Assembly: GCA_039680575.1 (NCBI GenBank)
Contig: JBDKSP010000089.1
Span: forward strand, 22,367-86,366
Direction of reading: 5' to 3'
Origin: Armatimonadota bacterium
GTDB lineage: Bacteria > Armatimonadota > UBA5829 > DTLH01
Length of the DNA: 64,000 bases
Shown: positions 1-10,889 of the stretch, piece after piece
How positions within the stretch are numbered: the stretch's first letter is position 1
Layout of the letters: each line of letters begins with the position of its first letter
Position numbers and translations under genes: made by a program
The notes under the pieces: model-generated
Databases searched by the model: none
Told to the model about the DNA's origin: nothing
Seen by the model: the letters and a program-made list of their open reading frames with translations, nothing else

Positions 1-182
1 GACGCGGTAGCAGCGCTCCCGCCGTTCCCGCAGATCATAACCTGTTTTCCTTCTTCGTAAGCACGCTTGATAGTTTGGACCAGATCACCAACCGTGTCCG
101 ACGGAAGCTCGGAAATAAGCCTCGCTACATCACCTAAATAACTGCTGATAAGGTTTAAACGGTCCGCGGCGACTATATGCAT
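1..182 (-). CDS. gmhA: Phosphoheptose isomerase (SIS domain), 5' part only; runs off the window edge
   Basis: Manual translation from ATG at 182: MHIVAADRLNLISSYLGDV...GKQVMICGNGGSAATAS (GmhA motif); GGAGG RBS; follows hddA. Confidence 0.85.
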   Translation of the reverse strand, partial: MHIVAADRLNLISSYLGDVARLISELPSDTVGDLVQTIKRAYEEGKQVMICGNGGSAATA

Positions 183-229
183 CCTGCATCCCTCCATCTG
201 TGTAACCACCAATCATTTAGTAATGCCCA

Positions 230-1207
230 TTATCGACGGACATTAAAGATGACCTTGCTTCCGTCTCGCTCAAGTCGAAACGGAAGCTCCTTGAGGTTTG
301 CAAGCGCCTTACGGACCCTGTTCTGATAAGCCGGCTGGCAATAAAGCAGTAAAAACCCGCCGCCGCCGGCTCCGGCTACCTTTCCGCCGGTCGCACCGGC
401 CTTCAAAGCCTTCTCGTAAAGCTCGTCTATATAACTATTACTAATGTTCGATGCCAGAGATTTCTTGAGATTCCATCCTGCGCTCAGGATATTGCCCAGC
501 CGGTTAACTCTTGAACCGATAAGACAATCGCGCACGGTATATGCCTGATCGCGCATCTTCCTCAGCACGGACATTTTGTCCGCTATGTTTTCTTTCTGCT
601 CAGCCAGCACTCCGCTCGACTTTCGCGTGATGCCTGTATAAAACAGCATCAGGCTTTCATCGAGTTGTCTCCGACGAAAACCGTCCATTTCCAACGGTTG
701 GACAGTCACGCTGCCGTCTCTTATAAATTTGATGCAGCGTATACCGCCATAAGCCGCAATATACTGGTCCTGCTTTCCAATCGGCTTGCCGAGCACGTTG
801 ATCTCGATCTCACATGCTTCTCTTGCCAGGATCTCAGCCGGTTTGATCTCCCCTCTATACGCATAGAGCGCATTCAGGAGACCGACCGTGACCGTGCTCG
901 ATGACCCCAGGCCGGAACCTTCCGAAGGCACATCGGCCATTGTGGAAATCTCGATCCCGCTTTTTATACCTACTTTCCGCAGACTCTCTCGAACCAGTTC
1001 ATGCTCGATCTCAGTGACATCGTTGACCATTTCTGTTCGGGAGTAACCTACGCGGATATTGTCATCGAAACGTTCCTTTACGATGACGTAGATATATTTA
1101 TCAATTGCGGATGAAACAACGCATCCTTCTTCTCTTGCATAAAAGTCGGCGAAGTCTGTGCCCCCGCCGGCGAAACTGATGCGTAAAGGAGTCTGGGTAA
1201 TGATCAT
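230..1207 (-). CDS. hddA: GHMP kinase, D-glycero-D-manno-heptose-7-phosphate kinase family
   Basis: [26 protein letters not shown] and GAGGGGF motifs. Confidence 0.85.
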   Translation of the reverse strand: MIITQTPLRISFAGGGTDFADFYAREEGCVVSSAIDKYIYVIVKERFDDNIRVGYSRTEMVNDVTEIEHELVRESLRKVGIKSGIEISTMADVPSEGSGLGSSSTVTVGLLNALYAYRGEIKPAEILAREACEIEINVLGKPIGKQDQYIAAYGGIRCIKFIRDGSVTVQPLEMDGFRRRQLDESLMLFYTGITRKSSGVLAEQKENIADKMSVLRKMRDQAYTVRDCLIGSRVNRLGNILSAGWNLKKSLASNISNSYIDELYEKALKAGATGGKVAGAGGGGFLLLYCQPAYQNRVRKALANLKELPFRLERDGSKVIFNVRR

Positions 1208-1308
1208 CCTTTTCTCCAGTTCTGGTTGTATTTTAACATATGCAGGCTATGAGCTTCAAGGCTACCCTAAAGGATTTTCCTTCACAGACGTGTAAGTTTA
1301 CCCAAGAT

Positions 1309-1336
1309 GGAAGAGTTTCAGGTGTCACCTGAAACC
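1309..1336 (+). repeat. Palindrome GTTTCAGGTG-T-CACCTGAAAC; partial copy of the 165-bp element
   Basis: GGAAGAGTTTCAGGTGT is identical to the sequence in the 22-kb and 62-kb repeat copies. Confidence 0.55.
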
Positions 1337-1400
1337 AATAAATAACGCTTTTTCACAATGGACTGCGTATGTATAATAGGTTTACAGGAGGCATAGCAAC

Positions 1401-2528
1401 TTGAGGATATTAAAAAAAGCTGAGTTGAAAGGCATCCTTGGGATGTTTTTCTTTGCATTCTTGCTTGGAGCAGTAATACTCACTCTGACCGGCACACTTA
1501 CACAGTGGTTCGGCTGGCGGCTGCCGTGGGAGAAGTCGATTACGAACAAGATAGTATTTGTTTCCAACAGAAACGGCCACCCGGATATATGGATAATGAA
1601 CCCGGACGGATCAGAACAGAAGCCACTTACAGACGATGAGTTCGTGGACTCCGACCCGTTAGTCTCTCCCGATAGCTACATGATCGTATTCGTATCGTCA
1701 CGCGGGCAGGACGGCTCACAAATTTATGCAATGGACGTTGATGGCTCACACCTGCACAGGATCTCGAAGATATCGGGGGCTAAATCCCAGGTCAGCTTCA
1801 GCCATGACGGAAGTGAGCTAACTTTCTTGTGCGGCGGCGAACTGTGGCGTATCGGATCGGATGGAAGCATGCCCGGACGGGTCCTTCCTACTCAACAGGA
1901 AGCCTCGATCGCGCGCATGAACGGCACAAAAGCCTACTATGTCTGGGCGGAGAGATCACCTGACGGTAAACAACTGGCTGGGGTGAGGTCTGCTGACGAC
2001 AAACAGGAGGCCGTTTTGATGAATGACAATGCTGATGCGCCCAAGATACTGACTCCGACCACGGACCGGGGCGCACTTCCCATTACCGAAGAGCAGGTCT
2101 TTGGGAAATGGAACCCCGGCGAAGCAAAACTGGCGCTGACTATGACCGACTCAAAGGGAACAGGTCTTCTACTAGTGGTCGATGTTGAAAACAACGATAT
2201 ACCGGTACTATACAACGGCAATGCGCTGATCGACCCCACATGGTCCGCCGATGGCAGTAAAATCGCGGCAGTGGAAATCAAGAGAAGGAATGCGAACGAT
2301 TACATCCCCACAAAACTAATGTCACTCGATATTTCAAAACGAGAAGCGAAGGTTGTCGACAAGGGTGAAATAACCGACGCAGGATGGGCTACCTCCGGTG
2401 AAGTCATCACCTACTGTAAAAACGGTGATATCTACTCCGCTGATGTTGAGACCGGAAAGATCACGAACCTGACCAAAGGCAAAGGCAATAACACCAGCCC
2501 GGCATGGGCTCCGTCAGCAGAGAAGTAG
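1401..2528 (+). CDS. TolB-like (PD40 repeat) beta-propeller protein with N-terminal membrane anchor
   Basis: KIVFVSNRNGHPDIWIMNPDGS, SPD/PTWS/PAW repeats, N-terminal hydrophobic helix; TTG start. Confidence 0.85.
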   Translation: MRILKKAELKGILGMFFFAFLLGAVILTLTGTLTQWFGWRLPWEKSITNKIVFVSNRNGHPDIWIMNPDGSEQKPLTDDEFVDSDPLVSPDSYMIVFVSSRGQDGSQIYAMDVDGSHLHRISKISGAKSQVSFSHDGSELTFLCGGELWRIGSDGSMPGRVLPTQQEASIARMNGTKAYYVWAERSPDGKQLAGVRSADDKQEAVLMNDNADAPKILTPTTDRGALPITEEQVFGKWNPGEAKLALTMTDSKGTGLLLVVDVENNDIPVLYNGNALIDPTWSADGSKIAAVEIKRRNANDYIPTKLMSLDISKREAKVVDKGEITDAGWATSGEVITYCKNGDIYSADVETGKITNLTKGKGNNTSPAWAPSAEK

Positions 2529-3710
2529 ATGCTCATAAACGACCCATATCTCAGGCACCAGTTAATCCCGTATATTGGCAATAAAAGAAAGCTCCTTCCG
2601 ATGATCCAGTCGGCGGTAGAAGCCACCGGGCTGAAAAACGGCGTTTTCTGCGACCTTTTTGCAGGAAGCGGCGTCGTTTCCAGGTTCGCCAAGCGGATGG
2701 GCTTTCGTGTCATATCGAACGACTGGGAACCTTACACAGAGAAGATCAATCTCGCGTACATCGAAGCGAACCAGCCGCCTGCATTCACAGCATTCGGCGG
2801 GATCGGTCCCGTTTTCCAGAAACTGAACGCATTATCACTGGTCCGGGGCTACATAGCGACGCACTACTGCCCAATGGACGATGAAAACCCGGACTTCAGA
2901 CGCGAGCGGATGTTTTACACGCAGGAAAACGGGCAAAAGATCGATGCGATCCGCGAAGAAATCAGCTCGTGGCGCAAGTCCGGGCTCATCGACCGAATGG
3001 AAGAGGCCGTACTCCTCGCTCCGCTCATCTACCAGGCGTCCTACTGCAGCAACACATCGGGTGTCTTCAAAGGGTTCCACCATGGATGGGGAGGCCGGAC
3101 AAGCACCGCTCTCTACCGAATTCGAAGCAAACTCGCCATATCGCCGCCGGTATTCTACGACAACGGTCAGGCTAATGCTGCAATGAGGGAAAACGCCCTG
3201 GAAGTCGCAGAGAAGATTGATTGCGATATAGCCTATATCGACCCTCCCTACAATCAGCACCAGTACGGCTCGAACTATCACCTGCTGAACACCGTTACGC
3301 TGTGGGACAAGCCACCAGTCAGCAGATACATCCTGCCCGGAAGCAAATCAGCGATCCGGCTGGACTGGCGTACTCTCCGGCGCAGCCCTTATTGCTACAA
3401 ATCAACGGCATTACCGGCATTTTCAGAGCTTGTGGCCAGAATCCGTGCTCGTTACGTCTTGGTAAGTTATAGTACTGATGGGATTATACCAACCGATGAA
3501 CTGCTCCAGTTACTGGGCGCCCGAGGCAGCCTTATGTTACTGACCAGGCAGTATAAACGTTATCGTGTGAGCAGCCAAAGGCCTTCGCCCAAGCCGCACA
3601 CCATCGAGTTTGTCGCCATAATCGATACCGCCGCTCGAAGCAAGCCGAAAGATATAGACCGCGCGGTAGAATCTATACGTGAAGCCGGCATCGGCCGGCA
3701 GGACTCTTGA
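2529..3710 (+). CDS. DNA adenine methyltransferase (D12 class), orphan
   Basis: PYIGNKRKL, DLFAGSG (SAM binding) and DPPY (catalytic) motifs. Confidence 0.85.
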   Translation: MLINDPYLRHQLIPYIGNKRKLLPMIQSAVEATGLKNGVFCDLFAGSGVVSRFAKRMGFRVISNDWEPYTEKINLAYIEANQPPAFTAFGGIGPVFQKLNALSLVRGYIATHYCPMDDENPDFRRERMFYTQENGQKIDAIREEISSWRKSGLIDRMEEAVLLAPLIYQASYCSNTSGVFKGFHHGWGGRTSTALYRIRSKLAISPPVFYDNGQANAAMRENALEVAEKIDCDIAYIDPPYNQHQYGSNYHLLNTVTLWDKPPVSRYILPGSKSAIRLDWRTLRRSPYCYKSTALPAFSELVARIRARYVLVSYSTDGIIPTDELLQLLGARGSLMLLTRQYKRYRVSSQRPSPKPHTIEFVAIIDTAARSKPKDIDRAVESIREAGIGRQDS

Positions 3711-3722
3711 AAGGGGAAACAG

Positions 3723-4403
3723 TTGAGAATATTTGTTTGTATTGCATTAGTCCTCGCAACTCTGGCTGCTGGACCTGTTTTGGCCGATAGGATAATATTC
3801 GCGCCTACCGGCACTACACTCTCTGCGGGTGAGGTCAAGGCTGAAGCAGCCACAAGCCCGTCGAACGACGATTCCAAGATATACTGGGTGGGGCTCGGCC
3901 TGCAGAATTTCGAAGTGAACGCGATCAGGTTCGATTTTAAGAACGACAGCCCTACAGTTACCAAGAACAGAAGCAGAACGATAGTCAATTTCGACACCTC
4001 ACTGGATGAAGAAGATTACGACATCGTGAACGCGCAGCTCGGGCTTATACCTGAGACAACCCTCACTCCTGCCATAAGCATCGGGACCTGGGACCTTACG
4101 GATAAAACTGCCGATGGGACCGGCTATTTCCTTGCGTTCAGCAAAGCAGTACCCCTTACAAAGGAACTGCCCCTGCCTGTAAGCGATGTCAAAGTCCATG
4201 CAGGATTCGGCATCAGCGGGATGGATAATATTTTTGGCGGTGCAGAGGCATCTTTGCCGCTTGGACTTAAGGTTTCTGCGGAATACTTCCAAAAGGACTT
4301 TAACTACGCTTTAGGCTGGGGACCTGTCGCAGGGCTGCAGCTCAAAGCGTACATCCTGGACGGAGAGACATACTACGGGCTGAAATTCTCATCTCCGCTC
4401 TAA
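3723..4403 (+). CDS. Secreted protein, probable outer-membrane beta-barrel (YjbH-like)
   Basis: Signal peptide, FAPTGTTL start, alternating beta-strand pattern, aromatic C-terminus. Confidence 0.55.
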   Translation: MRIFVCIALVLATLAAGPVLADRIIFAPTGTTLSAGEVKAEAATSPSNDDSKIYWVGLGLQNFEVNAIRFDFKNDSPTVTKNRSRTIVNFDTSLDEEDYDIVNAQLGLIPETTLTPAISIGTWDLTDKTADGTGYFLAFSKAVPLTKELPLPVSDVKVHAGFGISGMDNIFGGAEASLPLGLKVSAEYFQKDFNYALGWGPVAGLQLKAYILDGETYYGLKFSSPL

Positions 4404-4589
4404 TTCTTCTCCGTTCGGGGGTCTTTAGTCACGAGATAGGGAACAGTGAATAGCGAGGATAGGTGGAGATTCAGGGATGCCACTGGCTTGCTTTCTTATG
4501 CATCGGGATAACATCCCGATGCACGACATTCTCCAATTCCTTTTCTCCCTTTCGTGATAAAAATGATCCGTCCGAGACGGGGGGAAGAT

Positions 4590-5582
4590 ATGAGATTTGC
4601 GGTAATCGGCTGCGGTGAGGCAGGCAGCAGGAGAGCAGCAGCTATAGACTCCGTAGAAAGCGCCGAGGTTATCGTCTGCGTGGATATGGTGAGAAGCCGC
4701 GCAGAGAACCTGGCCCGGCGCTTCGGAGCTGATTCATCTACTGACTGGAGATCATCCATCGTAAGGGCCGATGTAGACGCTGTAGTCATCGCCACATCCA
4801 ACAACCTTCATGCTGCAATCGCCCTGGCATCTGCTGAAGCCGGGAAGCATATCCTGTGCGAGCGCCCTCTGGCACGGAACCCGTCCGAGGGAGCACGGAT
4901 GATTGGAGCAGCGCAAGAGTACAAAGTCAGACTGAGGACCGGGTTCAGCCGCCGTTATCATCCTGCAGTCATCAAAACTCGAAACATCATAAATGAAGGC
5001 CGTATAGGTAGGATTCTCTTCATCCGCGGCAGGACAAGCCGCGGAGGCTACACGGAGCGCCCGGCGGACTGGATGGTCGATTGCGAGCTTTCAGGCGGCG
5101 GTACACTGCTCGACAACGGCATGGACCTGATAGACCTCTGCCGGTTCTTTATGGGTGATTTCAAGCAGGTAACAGGGCGGGCGGCGGCATTGATGCTGCC
5201 GATAGAGCCATGCGAAGATAATGCGTTCGCGATCCTCACCACATCGGACAACCGGTCAGCCATTATTCACTCCTCCTGGACTGATTGTGTAGGCTATCTC
5301 TCTATGGACCTCTCCGGGACGGAGGGATACATCAAGCTCGACTATGATAACGCCACCGTCACCGTCGGATTAAAGCCGGGAGAGGTCGGGGCGGGGCTTG
5401 AGGAAGTCTTCGATCTTTCACTGGAACCGGACCGTTCACTCGCAATGGAGGTAGAGGATATGGTGCATGCTGTCGCTGAAGGCCGCAGGCCTATGGAGAC
5501 TGGATTGGACGGGCAGGAAGCCCTGACTATAGCCCACGCGGTCTACCGATCATCCGACACTGGCACAGTCGTGAGAGTGTAG
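4590..5582 (+). CDS. Gfo/Idh/MocA family oxidoreductase
   Basis: FAVIGCG Rossmann motif, GKHILCERP, GGGTLLD; start moved to the ATG behind a GGGGGA RBS. Confidence 0.85.
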   Translation: MRFAVIGCGEAGSRRAAAIDSVESAEVIVCVDMVRSRAENLARRFGADSSTDWRSSIVRADVDAVVIATSNNLHAAIALASAEAGKHILCERPLARNPSEGARMIGAAQEYKVRLRTGFSRRYHPAVIKTRNIINEGRIGRILFIRGRTSRGGYTERPADWMVDCELSGGGTLLDNGMDLIDLCRFFMGDFKQVTGRAAALMLPIEPCEDNAFAILTTSDNRSAIIHSSWTDCVGYLSMDLSGTEGYIKLDYDNATVTVGLKPGEVGAGLEEVFDLSLEPDRSLAMEVEDMVHAVAEGRRPMETGLDGQEALTIAHAVYRSSDTGTVVRV

Positions 5583-5594
5583 GTTTTCTGCTAC

Positions 5595-6821
5595 CTATGG
5601 CTTCTCCAGATGGAACGCGTTATGGAGCGCCTTGACGGACTGTTTCACATAATCTTTGTTTATAAGGCAGGTAATGCGGATTTCACTTGTGGAGATCCCG
5701 AGGATATTTATACCTTCGTCCGCGAGCGCGCCGAACATCTTTGCCGCGTATCCGGGATGGCTGCGTATTCCGCTCCCGATGATGGATATTTTCGCCACGT
5801 TTTGATCAGTGAACAACTCTTTGGCGCCCATTTCCTCAATTAGGGGGGAAAGTATGCGCTTCGCTTTTTCAAGATCGGGCAGCGCAACCGTAAAGGATAT
5901 GTCGGTCAACCCTGAGGTGACGGACATATTCTGAACGATAATATCTACATTAATACTGTTATCGGCCAGCGATTGGAACAGCTTATATGCAACCCCGGCT
6001 CTGTCGGGCACAGACATGACAGTCAGTCTTGCAGTGTCGGCATCATGTGCAATCCCGCGCACTGGATTTCGTATTTCCATACCAGTGTCCTCCTTTTTGA
6101 TTATGGTGCCTGGCGAATCATTTGAGCTGTTGGCAACCAGTATCTCAACATCATAAAGTTCGCCGAGCTCCACTGCTCGGGAATGCATTACTTTCGCGCC
6201 TTGTACAGCCATTTCGAGCATCTCTTCGTAGCAGATGCTATCAAGCTTAACGGCGTTTGGTTCCAATCGAGGATCGGCGGAGTATACGCCATCTACATCG
6301 GTGTATATCTCGCATTTGTCGGCCTTAAGCGCTGCTGCGAGCGCTACAGCTGTCGTATCGGACCCGCCGCGTCCGAGTGTTGTAATATCAGCCCAGCTTG
6401 CGTTCTCTGTTATACCCTGGAATCCGGCGACAACGACGACTTTACCGTTGTTTAGTTCTTCTTCTACGCGTCCGGGATCGATCTTGAGGATGCGGGCTTT
6501 ACTCGGCACTCTTTCCGTGATGATTCCGGCCTGTCCACCTGTGAGAGATACCGCCCGAACACCTTCGGACTGCAGCGCAATAGTCAGGAGCGCGCTCGAC
6601 ATCTGCTCGCCGGTTGCCAAGAGCTTATCGAGTTCTCTGCCGTCGGGCATGGCGCTCAGTTCCTTAGCCATTGAGAGCAGATCATCTGTGGTGTCACCCA
6701 TTGCAGAGACTACGACCACCACGCTGGCATCTTTGGCGGCAATGGCTGCCCGCTTTGCTACGTTACGAATCTTTTCAGTGTTGGAGACTGAACTACCGCC
6801 GTACTTCTGGACTATAATCAC
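5595..6821 (-). CDS. lysC: Aspartate kinase
   Basis: [27 protein letters not shown] and two ACT domains. Confidence 0.95.
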   Translation of the reverse strand: MIIVQKYGGSSVSNTEKIRNVAKRAAIAAKDASVVVVVSAMGDTTDDLLSMAKELSAMPDGRELDKLLATGEQMSSALLTIALQSEGVRAVSLTGGQAGIITERVPSKARILKIDPGRVEEELNNGKVVVVAGFQGITENASWADITTLGRGGSDTTAVALAAALKADKCEIYTDVDGVYSADPRLEPNAVKLDSICYEEMLEMAVQGAKVMHSRAVELGELYDVEILVANSSNDSPGTIIKKEDTGMEIRNPVRGIAHDADTARLTVMSVPDRAGVAYKLFQSLADNSINVDIIVQNMSVTSGLTDISFTVALPDLEKAKRILSPLIEEMGAKELFTDQNVAKISIIGSGIRSHPGYAAKMFGALADEGINILGISTSEIRITCLINKDYVKQSVKALHNAFHLEKP

Positions 6822-7083
6822 GGAATCGCCTTCCTATAAACCTCTGGTGATTAATATCACTTGAAGGTCTAAAAGGATTTTTGATGATCCCTAGATGAGT
6901 AACCGGTAATTCACTGCATTGACTGCAAAACCGGCACCTGTACTCATGCATAACGGACCACGCTTAATAGAATAACACATCACACAAAAAGGTGTAAAGA
7001 AAGAAAGACCAAGTAACAGTTCACTCTTAATGAGAGATCTTACATCAAATTGCACAACCAACACATCACAATAGATAGAAGCA

Positions 7084-7148
7084 CGTCATTCCGAACTTGA
7101 TTCGGAATCCAGGAAGATTATGGACCCTGAATCAAGTTCAGGGTGACG
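7084..7148. repeat. REP-like paired palindrome GTCATTCCGAACTTGATTCGGAATCC...GGACCCTGAATCAAGTTCAGGGTGAC
   Basis: Two inverted hairpins with complementary GTCA/TGAC ends. Confidence 0.7.
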
Positions 7149-7249
7149 TTGTGGCCATTTGGAATGACGTTGTGATAATTCAGCATGATGTTATACTTAT
7201 CAACAGTGAGCTATTACCAACTTTCGGATTTAACCCAATTGCCTTATCT

Positions 7250-8341
7250 CTACTTTCCGACCTTCCACAAGCGGGAAACTTCGTTTACGAACCAAACTAC
7301 GGGTTTGCACACCGAGTCCATGGATGCTGCAAAGCCTACATCCGTAGTCTGCAGCTTTACCGGCGCCCCGTTTGGAGGCGTGGGGTTGTCCATAGACATG
7401 GATTCCTTGAAATTGAGGTCATCCAGGCTGGCTGCCCAGCGCTTATTGGCTTTGAAATATCTCTTCTGAGCGTAATAGACTTCCATCAGGTAGTCGCGTA
7501 CCGGCTCATCGGGGTCACGGACGAACTCGGCCTCTCCTTTACCGGCCTGGATGTCCGTAAACTGCACATATCCCCATCTTTCCGGCTGATGGATGTTGCG
7601 GGCGTACTGAGGCGTCCATGTCTGGTCGTTCGAGAGCCTGTTTTTCACCTTTTCATACTTGCTGTCGACGATCTCGTGGTCCCACTCGACCCGCGAGAAG
7701 TTGACTCTCCACTGGTCTCCCTCTCCCGGAGGAGTCCGCATATAAGCGCATTCCCTCAGCACTGCCCAGGGGATCGCAAACTCCACTGTCCAGCCCTTGT
7801 CCACGTCGCTCGAATCGTTAAGCGTGCCGTCTACATGCACAGCGTGCTTTAAACCGTTGATGTCCCAGTTATAAATCGCGGGAGCGCCGTCACGGTAGGG
7901 CTTTACCAAAAACAGGTCCCATACGGTATTGAGCACGTTTATCTCGATCTCGTAGTAGAGATGGGTATCGCCGTCCGGGTCGATGAACACCTCGAAGTCA
8001 TTATCCATGTATATAATCGAGTCGCGCTTCGTGAGAGTCCCCCACACATGCGGCTCCTCCATCTCGGCGGCGATGTAGAAATACTCATCGTCCCACAGCA
8101 TCTTCACCCTTGTCTTGTATCTCGGCGCCGGTCTTACATCTCCTTCGATATCGGCGAAATAGTTCGTCCACGGAGCGTTTTCCCAGGACTCTTCGTCCAT
8201 TTTGCCGTCTATTTCAATCGGGCCGGATGCACGGTAGCAAATATAGCCGTACGGCGGCCTGATAGGATGCTCAGGCTGTTCAGGATACCTCTCGGCAACT
8301 ACTGCCTCAGGTGTAGTGTCTGATTTTGACTCGCTATTCAA
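7250..8341 (-). CDS. Carbohydrate-binding family 9-like (DOMON) protein
   Basis: IEIDGKMDEESW, MLWDDEYFYIA, DNDFEVFIDPDG, WTVEFAIPW, HQPERWG. Confidence 0.85.
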   Translation of the reverse strand: MNSESKSDTTPEAVVAERYPEQPEHPIRPPYGYICYRASGPIEIDGKMDEESWENAPWTNYFADIEGDVRPAPRYKTRVKMLWDDEYFYIAAEMEEPHVWGTLTKRDSIIYMDNDFEVFIDPDGDTHLYYEIEINVLNTVWDLFLVKPYRDGAPAIYNWDINGLKHAVHVDGTLNDSSDVDKGWTVEFAIPWAVLRECAYMRTPPGEGDQWRVNFSRVEWDHEIVDSKYEKVKNRLSNDQTWTPQYARNIHQPERWGYVQFTDIQAGKGEAEFVRDPDEPVRDYLMEVYYAQKRYFKANKRWAASLDDLNFKESMSMDNPTPPNGAPVKLQTTDVGFAASMDSVCKPVVWFVNEVSRLWKVGK

Positions 8342-8479
8342 AATGACTTTCTCCTCAATTTCGTTTTCTGACTTTAATGATTTCTATAGCGGCGGTCTAA
8401 TTCCTCTATAACGGTTGGAACAATTGTCTAGCGAGAATGCAGCATATGCCTTATAATCGTATAAAACGAGGGTTGAGTA

Positions 8480-9034
8480 ATGAGCATATTTTCGACAGTG
8501 GAAACCGAGAGACTGATCTTGAGACCACTTGCGCCTCAGGATGTAGATTTCATATACAGGCACTTTTCGGATGAAGATGTCTGCAGGTATCTGTTCGACG
8601 CTGAGCCGCTGACAAGTATCGATGGGGCGCAGGCGATAATCGACTTCTACATGAGTTCGGAAAAGAACGACCGGAACAGGTGGTGCATCATCAACAAGGA
8701 ATCCAATAAAACGATCGGTACATGCGGTTATCACCGTTGGGATAAAACGAATAACATAGCGGAGCTTGGTTATGACATGGAACGCGAATCATGGGGACAT
8801 GGCTATATGCAGGAAGCCCTGAACGCGGCGTTCAAGGCAGGTTTCTGCAATACGAACCTGAACCGGATAGAGGCATTCACATCCGTTGAGAACGAAAGGT
8901 CCATCAAGATTCTAAAAAGGCTTGGATTTACCGAAGAAGGAATTATCAGAGACAAGCATTATTTCCGGGGAGAGTATTACGATCATTACTGCTTTTCACT
9001 CCTAAGGCGAGAGTGGACCGGCAACTGCGTTTGA
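8480..9034 (+). CDS. GNAT N-acetyltransferase, RimJ/RimL family
   Basis: ETERLILRPL, ELGY, WGHGYM, N.RS..IL.RLGF.EEG. Confidence 0.9.
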   Translation: MSIFSTVETERLILRPLAPQDVDFIYRHFSDEDVCRYLFDAEPLTSIDGAQAIIDFYMSSEKNDRNRWCIINKESNKTIGTCGYHRWDKTNNIAELGYDMERESWGHGYMQEALNAAFKAGFCNTNLNRIEAFTSVENERSIKILKRLGFTEEGIIRDKHYFRGEYYDHYCFSLLRREWTGNCV

Positions 9035-9155
9035 GCTAATAACAGCTATACCGTGTCTGTCCGGCCTGTCTTGCCGAAGGAGCGCTGCCCGGTATACGGG
9101 TTGAAGATTTGCGCATATGTCAGTGGCTCGACCATTTCAGTTGTTTTTCAGCTCC

Positions 9156-9614
9156 TCAGGCAGCCTTGATCAACCCCAAGCGAATTAAGCCTTCTACGGC
9201 GAATTTGTCCGCTTTGGTCTGTTTGTAGCGGCCATTCCTACCTTCCATGTGGTCCAGGTAGTGAGAAAACTCGTGGAGGAAGATCCCGACCATAAGGTGC
9301 TCTGCAGTACTGAACTTTTCTGAACGAAGTTTCTGATAAGTCGTCTCCCGCCCGCGCAGGTCGGTCTTTTTGTAGTACTGCGATGTCTTGAACGGCACCG
9401 TGACCGGATAACGGTTCGTGTGGTTTATCCTGAGCCTGATAAGCTTGCCGTCGGGCGCGGATTTCGTCCAGCGGTAGTACGTGCCGGATATCGAGCGCCG
9501 GGACCGCTCCGGGCAGTATTTGACTTCGACAATCAGCCCGTCGTGATCATAGCCCGAAACAGACTCATGAAATAGATGTTCGATGTTGTATTTTGTGAGA
9601 TTATGAATGATCAT
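9156..9614 (-). CDS. Small basic protein with HExxH zincin-like motif
   Basis: IFLHEFSHYLDH; overlaps the upstream membrane-protein gene. Confidence 0.6.
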   Translation of the reverse strand: MIIHNLTKYNIEHLFHESVSGYDHDGLIVEVKYCPERSRRSISGTYYRWTKSAPDGKLIRLRINHTNRYPVTVPFKTSQYYKKTDLRGRETTYQKLRSEKFSTAEHLMVGIFLHEFSHYLDHMEGRNGRYKQTKADKFAVEGLIRLGLIKAA

Positions 9615-10860
9615 GAGGCCGGTAAATGCTTATCCCAATAAGCTCAAACAATAAAGCAATTACCAGGCCGAGGGCAAACGACTCCGGCACGGACGGACCG
9701 AGCGTTATCGCGGCCTGGTTGGTGACATTTTCGATAGTAAAGCTCGATTTTTGGATGAGCATGTAAAGCGGAGCAAAGAGAGCCATGAGAGCCGCATAAG
9801 CTATGGCAATCCCGGCAGCAAGCGGCCATTTTTTGACCGGCTTATTCGATGTCTTTGCGGCGTAATACCCCCCAAGAACGAGCGCCACAGCCGGAATAAT
9901 GAGTGTGAGATACGCGAGCAGCGGGACATGCTTCTTTTTGCCGTCCGTCTCGATTCCTCTGATGAGCCCGGCACTGAGTTTGAACCCGCTTTCATCATCG
10001 ACAGTCGAAGAAGCACCTCCACGGATGGTTACACCGTGTGAAATGTAGTATGCAAGGCCTGATGCTGCAGGAAGGAGCGTCACAGCGCTTTTGACCCGCT
10101 CAGTCCTTTCCGCTTTAGTGTGCCCCTTGAGCCCTATACCGATGTATACGGCAAACAGGCAGAAAAATATGAGCTGTCCGATCAGAAATGAGATCAGCGC
10201 GCCGCGTATCCATGCCGGAAGCCATGCATCTTTCCCGAAAAGTCTCTTTTTGACGCCTGCGAGGCCGCCAAGAGCGCCTATTCCGCCGAAAATGACCCCG
10301 AATATAAGCCCATAAAATACCGTGCCGCCTGCGGCGGGGATGAGTTTCGCGGCGATCAGTTCGGGAGCGGGGTTCCATCCGCCTATTTCGAACTGCGGCA
10401 GGTGAATGGCGCTGGTCGCCGCCGTAAAGAACGGCCTTGCGATCAAAAGGAAGATAACGTAAGGTATCGCAACGAGCGCCCCGGCTGTAAACCTGCCCGC
10501 GTCTTTCGCTCCAGCCAGTTTCGCGCTCACCAAACCTCCGAGCGCAAGCGCTATGGCCGGCACTGCCGCCCACAGGGTCAGCGGCCATAAAATGCTCAGC
10601 GTCAGCCCGGGTATTCCTCCGGGCATACCGGCTCCGGCTATACTTATGTGGTGGATTGCGTAAAAGTTAAGCCCGGCGCGGCCTACGAACTGGCTGATCG
10701 TCGAATGAGTTCCGTTGGACGGAACAACCAACCCAAGCCCAAGCATGTGAAACCAGGCGCTCAACCCGAATCCCAATATAGCTGCGACGACCGCGCCCGA
10801 TGCCGCGCCATAGACAAGCCTGACCCATCCGGGAGAGGCATTACTTTCAGTTTCCCGCAC
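9601..10860 (-). CDS. Multi-pass membrane protein, unknown function
   Basis: About 10 hydrophobic Gly/Ala-rich helices; two similar halves (AVPAIALALGG / IIPAVALVLGG). Confidence 0.7.
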   Translation of the reverse strand: MRETESNASPGWVRLVYGAASGAVVAAILGFGLSAWFHMLGLGLVVPSNGTHSTISQFVGRAGLNFYAIHHISIAGAGMPGGIPGLTLSILWPLTLWAAVPAIALALGGLVSAKLAGAKDAGRFTAGALVAIPYVIFLLIARPFFTAATSAIHLPQFEIGGWNPAPELIAAKLIPAAGGTVFYGLIFGVIFGGIGALGGLAGVKKRLFGKDAWLPAWIRGALISFLIGQLIFFCLFAVYIGIGLKGHTKAERTERVKSAVTLLPAASGLAYYISHGVTIRGGASSTVDDESGFKLSAGLIRGIETDGKKKHVPLLAYLTLIIPAVALVLGGYYAAKTSNKPVKKWPLAAGIAIAYAALMALFAPLYMLIQKSSFTIENVTNQAAITLGPSVPESFALGLVIALLFELIGISIYRPHDHS

Positions 10861-10889
10861 TACCCAGTATCCTCGTATGAATTAATCGC

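Noticed and set aside
6845..6965. Lysine riboswitch upstream of lysC
   Set aside because: Leader too short and lacks the AGAGGUGC/loop-E and kink-turn signatures.
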